From Chromera velia (lineage: Eukaryota), in the NCBI GenBank assembly GCA_018398765.1, contig JAHBMJ010000063.1, positions 1-57,959 of the forward strand: a stretch of DNA of 57,959 bases. The letters are read 5' to 3'. The position numbers were made by a program, and so were the translations under genes. Positions 39,462 through 51,349 of the stretch are shown here, piece by piece. Numbering within the stretch: the first letter of the stretch is position 1; every line of letters begins with the position of its first letter. Below the pieces are notes generated by a model that was not told the DNA's origin, made no database searches, and saw only the letters and a list, made by a program, of their open reading frames with translations.

Positions 39462-40045
39462 AGGGAGAGACAAGGAGACAGACAGAGAAGCGTGCGTGAA
39501 TGTTCACAAATACAACGTGGATGCGCGCGCGCGCGCGCGGGTGTGTGTGTGTGTTTGCTTATTGCGCAGCCCAGTCCATTCTCTCTCCCCCTCTCAAAAG
39601 CTTTCCAAACACCAAAGTCTTTGATGGCTGAATCTCAACCAACGAAGCACTTGAACAAGAGACACACTTTTTGTCGGATGAGGCCAAGACAGCGAGACGG
39701 ACCAGTTGGGGCGGAGTGAATTGTTCGAGAGCCTCGAAGGCCAAAGAAGAAAGTCTCCGAATCAAGAATCCCCTCGCAAGGCCCGTCAAACTCAACACGC
39801 GAAGGGTGTCGACGACATCCCTACTGGTAAATCTGCACACCGACACGAGAGATCACGTACATGTGACCGCAGAGAACAAAGCATTCATAGATATCAAAAC
39901 CATGAAATGGAAACAGACAGACAAACAGAGAGGCAGACAGACACAGACACAGACACACAGACACAGACACACAGACACACAGACACAGACACACAGACAC
40001 AGACACACACACACACACACAGACACACAGACACACAGACACACA

Positions 40046-40099
<54 letters not shown>

Positions 40100-40242
40100 A
40101 CCAATCAAAGAAACGAGGTGAACAAAAGGGATAAAAAACAAGAAAAGCACGCAAGCAAGAAAGAAAGCAAGGAAGCAAGCAAGAAAGAAAGGAAGAAAGC
40201 AAGAAACAGAAAGAACAGAAAGAAAAAAAGAAGAGAGAGAAA

Positions 40243-40274
<32 letters not shown>

Positions 40275-40422
40275 CAAAGAAACAAAGAAAAAAGGAAGGA
40301 AGGAAGGAAGGAAGAAAAGAAAGACAAAAAAAAAACGAAGAAAGAAAGAAAGGAAGAAAGAAAGAAAGGAAGAAAGAAAGAAAGAAAGGAAGAAAGAAAG
40401 AAAGGAAGAAAGAAAGAAAGAA

Positions 40423-40461
<39 letters not shown>

Positions 40462-41534
40462 AAGACAGAAAGAAAGACAGAAAGACAGACAGAAAGAAAG
40501 AAAGACAGAAAGAAAGAAAGAAAGAAAGAAAGGGAGGGAAGGAAGGAAGGAAGGAAGGACGGAAGGAAGGAAGGAAAAGAGAGAAAAAAAAACGAAAGAA
40601 ACGAAACGAAGAAAGAAAGGACGGAAGCAGGACACAAAGAGAAAAAGGGTGGAGACACAAAAAGGAGAACAGAAGGACTGCTCCCCCCTGCACATCTCCA
40701 TGCACACGTCCCCCCACACACGAAATTTCTTTCTTGCATGAGAGGGGCCGGCCAACCTGTTGACCTCATCCACCATTTTCTCACAGATGAGGTCCAAAAG
40801 TTCTCTGTTGAAGAAATGCCACTGTCTCAAAGCCTCCAAAAGAGTGTGGAGGTCCCGAGGTCCGAAGTCATGAATTGTCTTCAGCGTCTCCAGTCGGACA
40901 AACTCCACTAGGGCAGGGTCTCTGATACCGAGAACCGCGAGGCCAAAGGAAAGAGAGGCTAGATGACGGGATGAAAATGCATTTTCCCTCCGCGACGAAA
41001 CTTCAGCAACTCTCTGACCTAGGTCTAGCAACTCGGGCGACCGGAAGGGAAAGATGGCAGCTGCGCTTGCAATACGCGCGAGGAGACGGGCATCTGCGTC
41101 CTCCAGTCTACCGGCGACGGCCGCTACGAGCCTCTGGAATTTTTCGTCGTTCATGAGTGCCTTGGATGTCTCCCTCTCGTTGTTGGCCTTTCTGGCAAGG
41201 CTGCGAAGCGTCGCTTCGAGGGTTTCCGTGTCCATGTCGGAGTTCAGGGCAAAAAATTGCAGAACGTCCGCGGGGCGCTCGAGCTCCCTCACCTGCACAG
41301 ATTCACGCACACACGCTATGACATTTTTTTGTTGTTTTCGAGACTGGACAGGGACGATGTGTCAGACAAGCCTTCAAATTCCCTTACCGCGTTGATTCTG
41401 TCAACGGAGTCATGAAGGCACCTCGAGAATGACACGAGACTTGGGGAGACGGCACATGGAGGTAGAAAGGAGACGGCAGACTTGCGTGTCAGTGTGCAGA
41501 CCGGTCTGAGAAGACAGGAGGTTGTGAAACTCAT
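34900..41534 (-). CDS. RAP-domain (FASTK-like helical repeat) RNA-binding protein, probably organelle-targeted
   Basis: About 11 phase-compatible exons starting at [12 protein letters not shown] (41534). Helical repeats such as [17 protein letters not shown] and [16 protein letters not shown]. The C-terminal RAP motif [49 protein letters not shown] spans exons 35794-35701, 35343-35274 and 34989-34900 (TAA). Confidence 0.85.
35821..37001. repeat. Near-exact tandem duplication (~650-bp offset) with an (ACACATGC)n array, inside a RAP-gene intron
   Basis: 35821-36353 recurs at ~36471-37003. An N at 36354 and an 8-bp array at 36355-36500 separate the copies. Confidence 0.8.
37380..37497. repeat. 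Intronic minisatellite, ~24-bp unit (AAGGCACTCATCCCATG...), about 5 copies
   Basis: aggcac(t/c)cat recurs about every 24 bp. Confidence 0.65.
39910..40640. repeat. Compound intronic microsatellite: (CAGACA)n, (CA)n, (GA)n, (AAAG)n, (AGAC)n
   Basis: Directly visible simple repeats. Confidence 0.9.
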
Positions 41535-43195
41535 TGGATTGACAGGAAGATGTCAAAGGGCGTCTCTGCTTTTTCCCCCTCTCCTGTTACTGTAGAGGAG
41601 ACGGCAGAGAGTCAAAGAGAGGTGCGGGGGATTCCCTACTCGTTCGCTGTCTTCGCTCCTTCTTTTCTCACTGAGAGTCCTTGCAGGACGAGTTTGGTCT
41701 TCTGTCCGCTTCAGATGTACGGTCATGCAGCCATATATTCCATAAAACTTGCAGTACGCGAATGCCGATTGTCCTGGCGACAATTGACGCATGTCACTCG
41801 TACGCAACGTCCGACGGTCGCGGAGACGGAAACCTAGCTAGCTGGTCGGCCTGCATGGCCCGCGTCCCGGCGTGCCCGCGGCGGCCCGGCGGGCGAATCG
41901 AGTCTGAATGGCCAAACGGCTACAGGCGGCCGATACTCACCGATATTCAAGACGACAGACCAAAGCAGACAGACTTATACAGACAGACGAAAGTACCATC
42001 ACAAAACACCGGCTTGGAGGAATTAGTTCTAATTAGTTCTAAGACTTCTAGTAGACAGTAGTAGTTCGATGTAGGTCGTAGGATGTCGCGGAGTGTAGAC
42101 TATACTGTATAGTCTGCAGCCTTAGCATATATCTATTAGATGACATTGTAGATAAGATATACCTTTAAATACACCTTTTAATATCATTTGCAAATGCGCG
42201 TTAGCGATTTCTGGTAGAACGGCAACAGACTCCAACAATGCTTTTTTGCTTAGGGGACCAACTAAATCACTATCGCTGTTTAAAACTACCATAAATCTCT
42301 AAATAAGTTTAGTAGTAGAGCCATGTAGGTCTATCGCCGCCACCGCGAGCGACGCCGCCATCGGCCTGCGCCGCCGCACCACCGTGCATGCGTTTCCATG
42401 CATTGTATTTCTGCATGCGCATTGTATTTCTGCATGCATTTTATTTCAGTTTCATCTTGGCGGTGATTGAGATCGATAAATCGACATCAGGAGGTTTTAA
42501 TTCAGACCTTTAGACTGACAGACTTTCTATACACGAGTATGTTATCCAAGCTAAGGGGCTCTGTGATCCTAAGCTCGATGATGGCATAGCTAGTATACGT
42601 CCGTATGACCTATACTTTGCTTATCTGCGGTTAACGCAATACGCAAAGTGCGGCAGGGAACAGAATCTCCAACGTCTTTGACCTTCAGAAGGTGGGGAGG
42701 GAGGAAAGGGTTCCACAAAACATTCTGAATGTTTTGAATGGAGCTCAGCCAGGAGGAGAGGGGGGGCAGGGAGACTCCGGGGGGGCAGCTCAGGGGGAGG
42801 GAGTCAATTTTCTTTCTACTTCTTCTTTCTCTCTCTCATATGATTTTTCTTCTGTTTGTTCTGCTCGTTTGTTTTCTTTTGAATATAGAAGACACGGCAC
42901 TGAGGTAGCAGAGAAGTGTCAAAAGGCAGACAGCAAGCCAGACTGTCTCACAGTAGAGAGTGAGGTGGGAAAAACCCACAAGAAGGCCGAATGGAAAGAA
43001 GTGAAAAACGGAAATTTCAATGATGCGGGAGACAGAGAGATTGGGAAGTGGGTTTATTTTCAGTCATTGAGGGAGGAGCTTCCTGCAACTAGACAGTCTT
43101 CTTCCTCTTCGGCCGCTTCTTCTGTTTCTTCCCTTCTGACAATCATCCCTTTGATGTGGGTGATGACATAGAAATTAGTCAGTGCGGGGGGATCC

Positions 43196-44014
43196 ATGAT
43201 CAGAAAGGCAAAAGCGAGGCTTGTTCTCGCTGGCAACTCCTTTTTCGACAGAAGGAACGTAGAGACATATTCTGGCACTCCAGACGTCACCTCTCTTCAC
43301 ATTCTTTTTATTTTTGCTTTGGTGAAGTCATGGGGAGCTGCGTTTGCAGATGTGACATGTGCTTTTCTGCAGCCACGCCTTCCTGAGTCAGTAGGGAGGA
43401 TTGGAGTCAGAATGCCAAAGTGGTTACCTCCAGCAGCCATTGCGAGGGGGTTCAAATCAGGAGTCGTGTATCTTTTGCATTCGGCAGCATATGGCATGAA
43501 AGATGCACCTCGAATCTTTGGTCTCTTTTTACGTCAAGTTTTTTTCAGGATTGGATGGAGAGAGATCATGGAAAGTACCCACGTAAAGATAGATAAGGGG
43601 GTGACTGTTCCTCAGTTAGCCAGAGCAGATGATTCATCCATCACTGAGGTGCAGACTCTTGATGTGAAGGCAATGCTGTCTCATCACGTTGGCGATTTGA
43701 CTTATGTGTCCTTTTGTCCTCTTTCAACCTTGAAACAGATTGCACAGACAGGACCCGTATCAATGGACGACGCGACTTTGCTTTCATCCGAGAGTGTCAA
43801 GCTGGTTGGTTTTGATGTGTTCAGAACAGATAAAGCAATTTGCTAATCGATGGAGGGGTACTTGACTCTAGAGGCTTTGCCTCTCGGGAAAAGAAGTGGG
43901 GTGTTGGTGGAATCAGACTTTTTGCCTCCTTCTCCAGGTAAAATCGACATGCGCCTTGAGGGTGAGATGAGAAAGTGGGTAGGGAGAGCTATGTGGGTCT
44001 CTCGTTCACGATTC
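43196..44014 (+). pseudogene. Copia reverse transcriptase remnant
   Basis: KAKARLVLAGN, ADVTCAFLQ, VYLLHSAAYGMKDAPR, and HHVGDL as a degenerate YVDD. The frame continues across the nested insertion as SRS-RFDIAFAVSTLAQF. Confidence 0.85.
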
Positions 44015-44556
44015 AACTGACTGTACTGACAATTGAAAGTTTTGTACTGGAAAGTGACTTTAAAAAATTTAGTTTTTAAAACATTAAAATAGATAGTTTA
44101 ACCTTTAAACTAATTGATTTTCATAATTTATTTAAGACTATTTAAGCTTAGTAAGATGTTTAAAAAATGAAATAAAAAAATGTATATATAGAGTATATAT
44201 TTTTTCAAAACCATAAATTGTTTAGTACCTATCATCGTAAATTAACGCTAAGACGAAAACACAAAAAGAAATGTATCTGAATAGCTCTGAATCGATCCGA
44301 TTGAAACATTTCTTCTCATGATCATAACTGTTTTGTTTTCAATTCATATGAGGCACTGCTCAATGGTGGGCGTGTCAGGGGCAGGGGGGGGGGAGGGGAG
44401 GAGTATCTCAGTATATATCAAACATGCACACCCGTAAACGCCACCTGCAGAAATACGTATACACAAACAGAAAGTCAGTTGAATCGCCAGAATACACATA
44501 AAAGCATGCATGCAAACACAACCTGTATCTTTAATTTGCATCAGAATGATACATAA

Positions 44557-45230
44557 AAGCAGGAAGACCGAAATTGGGAAAGCAATCGGACGGGTAGGAA
44601 GGCCGAAATCGGGAAGGCAATCAAGCGGGCAGGAAGGCCGAAATTGGAAGGCAGCCAGGCCGTCAAGAAGACCGAAATTGGAAGGCAGGCATGTGGGCAG
44701 AAAGAACGAACTCTAGGAGGCAGTCAGACACACAAGAAGGCCGAACTTGGGAAGACAGTCAGGCCAGCAGGAAAAACAAAATTGGGAAGGCCATCGGGCA
44801 AGCAGGATGATCGAAATTAGGAAGCGTTAGGAGGATTCCAAAACTTGGATGGGAAGGAAGACCAAAATAGGGAAGGCAATCAGTCAGGCAGACAGAAAAG
44901 CCGAAATTTGGAAAGCATTGAGGCAGACAGAAAGACTGAAATTTGGAGGGCAGTCAGGCAGGCAAAAAGGCCAAAATTGGAAAGCAGTCAGCATGGCAGG
45001 AATGCAAAACTTTGGAAAGCAGTCAGGCAGGCAAGAAGGCCGAAATTGGGAAGGCAATCGGGCAGGCAGGAAGACCAAAATTGGGAACGCGGCGAAGGCC
45101 GAAATTAGGAAGGCAATAGGGTGGGCGGAAAGGCCGAAATTGGGAAGGCATTTAGCCAGACAGAAAGGCCAAAAGCTAGAGGGCAGTCAAGCAGGCAAGA
45201 AGGACGAAATTTCGGAGGCAGTCAGGTAGG
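44557..45230. repeat. Degenerate tandem array, ~30-31-bp unit (GCAGGAAGGCCGAAATTGGGAAGGCAATCGG-like), about 20 copies
   Basis: The ccgaaattgg/gaaggc core recurs periodically inside the TIR element. Confidence 0.8.
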
Positions 45231-45597
45231 TAGAAAAAAACACAGGCTCGGCACGTAGGGGCGCTACTCCCTTTCGCAGTCTGAAGACTGCGGCCTTAAC
45301 AAAAATGCAAAGACCTACCTCTGGAGGAGTTGAGGAAGGACTGGAAACTAAAATAAGCATCTCCTAGAGGAGACCCACGACCTGCAAAGAGCAGAGGAGG
45401 GGGGCAGGGGTGAACAACACATGCAAAGGGAGACGGCAGTTTTGTGCCTTGCCGAGGGCAGACCGGTCAGTCATTCAGAAACCACAATGGCCAGGTTGCA
45501 GCCATACAGGAACACTCACAAACATCGTACAAAGCCTTCTGCATGCACCAAGAAGGCTCATCTCTGCAAACAAGATTTTTTCAATTCCCTCACTGGG

Positions 45598-45824
45598 AGG
45601 GGGGGGTGGACCCTCTCACAGGGGTATGAAGCGGGCCAATTTGATACCCCTAGTGGAGGGGGGGGGTCCGACCTGCTCTGCAGGTTTGCGTCCAAAATGT
45701 GTTTAGGAGTGTTTCCTAAACATATTTTGGATGCAAACCTGCAGAGCAGGTCGGACCCCCCCCCTCCACCAGGGGTACCAAATTGGCCCGCTTCGTACCC
45801 CTGCGAGAGGGTCCACCCCCCCCT
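45598..45824. repeat. ~227-bp near-perfect palindrome (foldback/MITE-like)
   Basis: AG8TGGACCCTCTC...TGTTTAGGA-gtgtt-TCCTAAACA...GAGAGGGTCCAC8T. The arms pair with scattered mismatches. Confidence 0.85.
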
Positions 45825-47465
45825 GTTGCTGGTGGAACGACACAAAACGAACTGACCTGATGGAGCGATCCAAACTGGTACGGCAACCCTTCTAGTTGTT
45901 GTATAACTCCTTTACACCGAGGCAACCACTCCCACGAGCAACTAGAGGTGTCCAGCCAACACAGATACCGGAGGGGGAAAAAACTCCGGAATCTGTAACC
46001 CATCCAAAAATGAGGTTCTAAAATAAAAAGCTGAACATGATTTCGTCGTTGTCAAGCCTTCCAATACAATCCAATGGAATGCTTGACAACGAGATTTTAT
46101 GGATAGAGGCCCATTCTGTTGACCCGACTTTCTGACTGGAGGAGAACTTTCTGAAGACCTGACTGAGAATTTTTCAGATCGGCATTTTGATGGGTCAGCG
46201 TGTAGCCGGGAAGTGCTTTTTGGCTTTGGTAGCCGGCCAAGCCCTGGCCTGCAATGCGTAGCTTGCCTTCCGGGGCCGTCACATGGTTGGCCGATCTAAA
46301 ATCGGCTCCCAAAATCGGCTTTCCATCGAATGTTTCAAGTCGATCAAAGCACGACCTATAGTGCCACCTGTCTCCCATCACACAGACTTGCTCTCCAGCA
46401 ATGAAAGTAGGCTTTGTCGAAAGCCCAGAGGATTGGCTTCTTTGCTTTTTCTTGGGTTTATAACATTCACTCTACTGGTTGCCCTGAGAGGGCAATTTCA
46501 ATCTTCCATCACAAAGGGCACGGCCCGTCTCCACGCAAAGGGGCCTACAAAGTTACCCCAATAAAGCTTCTATTGAATCTTTTCCGTGTGTATGCTCTAA
46601 CAAGCTCTAGATGAGGAGTTGGAAAGGCTTTCTGGATGAGAGGGCCAGCTCTGGGTGGCCAGAAGGTGAGCCACTTTACAAATTTTTGCAGATCTGTGCT
46701 GCAGGTCAGACTAAGCCTTTCTCGGAGGACCATTTGTCGGTGCTTAAGTTTCATGAGGAAGCATTACGGCTAGTAATCTCGGGTGATCTGAAGTTGTGGG
46801 AGTGAGGTGCAGCTCTTGTTTGCATGAGAATTTGGAGGTAGGGCTCTTGGGTGGACTAAGACCCAGTGGCCAGTGCCGGGCCTCACCCAGAAAAAACAAG
46901 AACGCTATGATGGCCAGTCATGGGCAAGGCCCTCTGGCTAGATGCCATAGGTCGATCAGGCTTTCAAAAGCTAAGCATTTACCTCTTGTATGGTCATAGT
47001 GCTCAACATTTATTTAGTTGAACTGCTTTCTGTGGGTGTCAAATCGGCAGATCTGTTTGCGGACATTCATTCTTACCTTTCATGGAGGTTGCCCGCTGTA
47101 TGCTCCCTCCTTGAGTCAGTGTGCGGATTCGACGTATTCCATTAAAAGTAAAAGTTAGCTTATTTGTGCATTACACTGCGCATTGTCATATGCCTGCAGA
47201 GTCTGCAATCACTCCCCGACATATCAACATACTATAACTCTTTCACCTCACTCACGTCCAACAATTTCTAACATACATACCACAAACCCATTAAACCTTA
47301 TCTTTAAAAATTGTTTATACTTTCATACAGGTAAGAAACAATAAATAGAATCATTCATTCTAAGTGCTTTAAAGACTTAGTTTTTTATATAAAATTTAGT
47401 GTGATATATAGAAAATTAAAAGTTACTTTCTAGTATAAAAGTTTCAATTGTCAGTACAGTCAGTT

Positions 47466-48093
47466 ATTCGACATTGCTTTTGCTGTTTCCACACTTGCAC
47501 AGTTCTCCAACACACCCACAGTCAGGCATCTTGCTGTAGTGATCACTGTCTTACATTTGGTTGCAGCAAAGAGAAAGAGGCTCAGGTTTGTGTGCATTCG
47601 TTTTCACTTTGCACAACTGCGTTTGTTTGTAGACGCAGCATTTAATGTATCCACCTGTTCCTCTCGGTCTGTTTTTCTTTTTTAGCTTGCTGATGCCTCA
47701 TGGTCTTTGATTTGTTGGTTGAATATCCTTGACTGGGCGACTCACAAGGAGAAAAGAAAGGTATTGTCTGCACCTGGAGCTGAGCTCCTTGCAATCCGAA
47801 TGGGATTGAAACGTCTTCCCTTGATGCTTTGCACTCTTCATTTCCTTTTTCCCTCACTTGAGGTTGTTTTATTTTCAGATAGCGTAACAAGCCTCAGTCA
47901 AATGGAAATGGGGGTAGCAAAGAAGGAAGAGGGACTGTCTGGGATTTTGGCCTGGTGTGTTCAGGAAGTGAAAAGAATGGACGTAAAGCTTCGTCACTGC
48001 CTAGGTCACTGCGATGGAAAGACTCAACAGTTGGCAGATGGACTGACAAAGTTCAAGAAATTTGATGACACATGGTCAACAGACTTTGAATGA
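47466..48093 (+). pseudogene. Copia RT C-terminus and RNase H remnant
   Basis: DIAFAVSTLAQFSNTP; SAPGAELLAI...VVLFSDSVTS...QQLADGLTK. Confidence 0.85.
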
Positions 48094-49799
48094 GCTCAGT
48101 TGGTTGGAGCATGCGACTGATCTTGATGAGTTCAGGCAACCCTGTTGATACACTGCTTACCTTCCTCAGTGGGGGAGTAGAGCCATGTGGATCTGTCGCC
48201 GCCACCGCAAGCGATGCCGCCATCAGCCCGCGCCGCCACGCCGCCGTGCATACGTTTCCATGCATTGTATTTCTATATGCGCATTGTATTTCTGCATACA
48301 TTTTATTTCAGTTTCATCTTAGTGGTGATTGAGATCAATAAATCGGCATCAGGAGGTTTCAGTTCAGACCTTTAGACTGACAGACTTTCTATATACGAGT
48401 ATGTTGTCCAAGCTAAGGGGCTCTGTGATCGTGAGCTCGATGATGGCATAGCTAGTATACGTCCGTATGACCTATACTTTACTTATCTTTAGTATTACAC
48501 AACTGCAGCTCTAAACTTGTCCATGTAGTTTACATCAATTATGATAATTAAAAAAGCTAAGTGTAATGATGATAATGATGATTGAAGGTTATTGAAGGTT
48601 AAATCTTAGATCTAGCGACACCAGATCCTAAGCTACTAACAAGGCTTTGGGGACAATCCAGAGCACACATTTATGGGGGGGGGGGATGAGGAAGCCTGCA
48701 TACTAATCGGATCGATTCGCCTCAAGACACACCATATCTGCGGAGGCATATGGAGATATAAGCGCTCGGTACACGCATATACCACAGTGTTATTCATACA
48801 TTGAATTCTGAATCAATCTAAAAAGAGAATAAGATTGAGCAAGGATGGATGAGAGGTAATGAGAGGAGAAACAGGGTTAATGACAGACTTTTTCGAAGAT
48901 TTACACTAGCTTACGCCGCCCGAAGGCAAAGTGGGAACTCGATCGAAACAATCTATACCATAAATCAGTCACCAAGGGAAGGGGGAACCACAAAGGTTCA
49001 AGTCTGTGCTTGCAATATGATCAACTGGTTTTTATGAGGAAGGAGTAAAGAGAGAAGAAAATTTAATAAAGACAAACACCCGGTCAATCAAGTGCATACA
49101 CCCAAACATACATACAAACACTAAGAGCGCATCACCGGAAGCCTAATCGACCCTGCGGCTATCTCATAAGGTACTCGCAGATCTCTTGATGTGCTCGGAA
49201 GACCATGCTCTCCCATGACTTGGGAGTTCCGTCTCCACCTTCGACAATCAGATAAGTCATTTATCCTCCTGGCCTGACACTTGTACGAGCCATGCAGCCA
49301 TGTTGATTTGCCAAATAGTCTAGCATAGCAACTGCCGTCTCTTGTATGAGAAGCGGGGAAAGAGAAGAGCTGTCTTTTATAATAATTGGGTTAAAAGAAG
49401 AAATGTCTTGAAGTTCTCCCTCGAAGGCTGGCCTCACAGGCTGGTTACACAAGAAAACCACAGAATTCTCACGACCATGCAGCTTGCCCCCCCTTTACCT
49501 TTTTATTTTTCTTCTTTCTCTTCTCTGTTATATGGCTCTTCTCCTCTAGCTTCCCCTCCTCCAGACCCTCATCTTCTTTCTCTGATTCAACAATATTTTC
49601 ATCTAGAGGTGAAGTGGTGTTTGGAGGGGGACGAGCTCTGCAACTTAAGCGTCTGAGAGGAAAGGGGGGCTGGATTCTTTCGAAAGGGGATGAGAGCCGC
49701 AAACGTCTGTAAGAGACGGTGAGGTGGAGTCGTTCGGAGGGGGACAAGTGCCGTAAGCATCTGCCGAAGCTACAGAGGCTTGATAATGTACGAACTTTT

Positions 49800-50450
49800 A
49801 AGGTGGGAGAGGCTCTTGTTTGCAGGCACGGAGGCGGCAAGGCTTGTTCAGAAGTGGAAGAGACTCCAAGGTGACCTGCTTGCATGTACAGAGTTGGAGT
49901 GGCTTGTACGGAGGCGGGTAGAGGCGGGAGAAGCTTCTGCTTGCAGGCACGGAGGCGGGGAGGCTTGCGCGGAGGTGGGAGAGGCTTCTGCTTGTAGGCA
50001 CAGAGGCGGGATGGCTTGCACGGTGGAAAAGGCTTCTGTTTGCAGGCAGGGAGGCGGGATGGCTTGTACAGAGATGTAAGAGGCCGCTTCTGCTTGCAGG
50101 CACGGAGGCAGGATAGCTTGTACGGAGGTGTGAGAGGCTTCTGCTTGCAGGCACGGAGGCGGGATGGCTTGTGCAGAGGTGTGAGAGGCTTCTGCTTGCG
50201 GGCATGGAGGTAGGATGGCTTGTGCAGAGGTGTGAAAGGCCACTTCTGCTTGCAAGCACGGAGGCGGGATGGCTTGTGCGGAGGTGCGAGAAGCTTTTGC
50301 TTATGCGCACGGAGGCGGGGTGGCTTGTGCGGAGCTTGGGGAGGCTTTTGCTTGCGGGCACGGTGGCTTGTGCAGAGGTGGGGGACTCTGAGGCTTTTGT
50401 TTGTAAACCTGGAAGCGGGGAGGCTAGTGCGGAGGTGTGAGAGGCTTCTA
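49800..50450. repeat. ~48-bp tandem repeat (GAGGCTTCTGCTTGCAGGCACGGAGGCGGGATGGCTTGTGC...), about 12 units
   Basis: Visible periodicity. The minus-strand ORF 49798-50517 translates it as repeated TSHPASVPASRSLSHL. Confidence 0.8.
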
Positions 50451-51349
50451 CGTGCGGTGAGAAAGAGCGATTGCTACCAAAGCCGCGCTGTGCGGTAACT
50501 TTGACAGAGGGCTTCACTCAGGGCGGGTCATGGAGAAGAGAGACAGGAACTGAAGCAGCTGCGTCTCGTTCTCGTTCTTCTTTTAAAATTTTCTTCCATC
50601 GAAGCCTTGAGTGCCTTTTCCCTCTTCTTACTCTTCGTTTTCGCTTCTCCCCAGTCTCTGTAACGTTCTTCAGCCCATTCTAGTCCCCTTGGTCAGCGTC
50701 CTTCTGTGTGCAATTCTGTTCAAGAGGATTCATAGAAACGCGATTCACATTCTGAGATTCTCTCAAGTTCGAATACGATCTGTTGGATGTAAAACGGCAG
50801 CTGTAGGGACAGAGAAACTGCGGTCTGAGTACAGTGCGATGCCCAAAGCGATTGTAGTCTAGGATGGTTACCCCCTTATCACTATCAACTGAAACTTCTT
50901 AGAAGATTCAAGTTCAGCCTAAGTTCTGCGCTTTTCACTTATAAAGTTCAAGTCTATTCCAAAGTTCTGCGCTACGTCAATCTTTACTAGTGTTCAATAC
51001 CACAGTGTAACCACACATTGTCTTATATAAAATTTGACAGTCAGTCTTTCTCCTGCGCGAGGCTTCCACGTGCTGTCTTGACGCAGCGACGTACTGGTTA
51101 AACGCAACTGCCCTTTTCACTTTACCCCTAGGACGGGGCGGTGAGCTCAATATCATCATTTTTCACTTTAGTAACGGCCAAAGATCCCTCTGTCCGCCTC
51201 TGTCGTCGTTAACTTTTATACTTTCAACTCCCTTTTAGTTTCCTAGTTGGTTTCTTCTTCTGTGAGCTAGGCTGTCAAAACCTTCTTCTTCAACCACCCG
51301 CTTTCTCTCTGTACTAACTTCTGTCCTGCACCCCTCCGAAGTTCTACAC

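Larger units (their letters stand above)
44015..47465. mobile_element. Unclassified DNA transposon with ~47-bp TIRs and a 4-bp TSD (ATTC)
   Basis: Left end AACTGACTGTACTGACAATTGAAA... and right end ...TTTCAATTGTCAGTACAGTCAGTT. ATTC is duplicated at 44011-44014 and 47466-47469. Removing the element restores the copia RT frame. Confidence 0.9.
42314..48488 (+). mobile_element. Degenerate Ty1/copia LTR retrotransposon, internally deleted and interrupted by a nested TIR element
   Basis: 313-bp LTRs at 42314-42626 and 48176-48488. TTAGT 5-bp TSD at 42309-42313 and 48489-48493. G-run PPT before the 3' LTR. Copia RT and RNase H motifs inside. Confidence 0.9.

Noticed and set aside
39671..40784. Long K/E/R-rich and F/L/S-rich ORFs (296-401 aa)
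   Set aside because: These are translations of intronic (AAAG)n and (CA)n microsatellites within the RAP gene.
44557..45230. CRISPR-like array
   Set aside because: Units are contiguous degenerate tandem repeats with no unique spacers, in a eukaryotic context with no cas genes.
46860..46900. Ulp1-like protease motif (GHWVLV) on the minus strand of the TIR element
   Set aside because: An isolated short match in a stop-riddled frame, with no supporting Asp or Gln-Cys motifs found.
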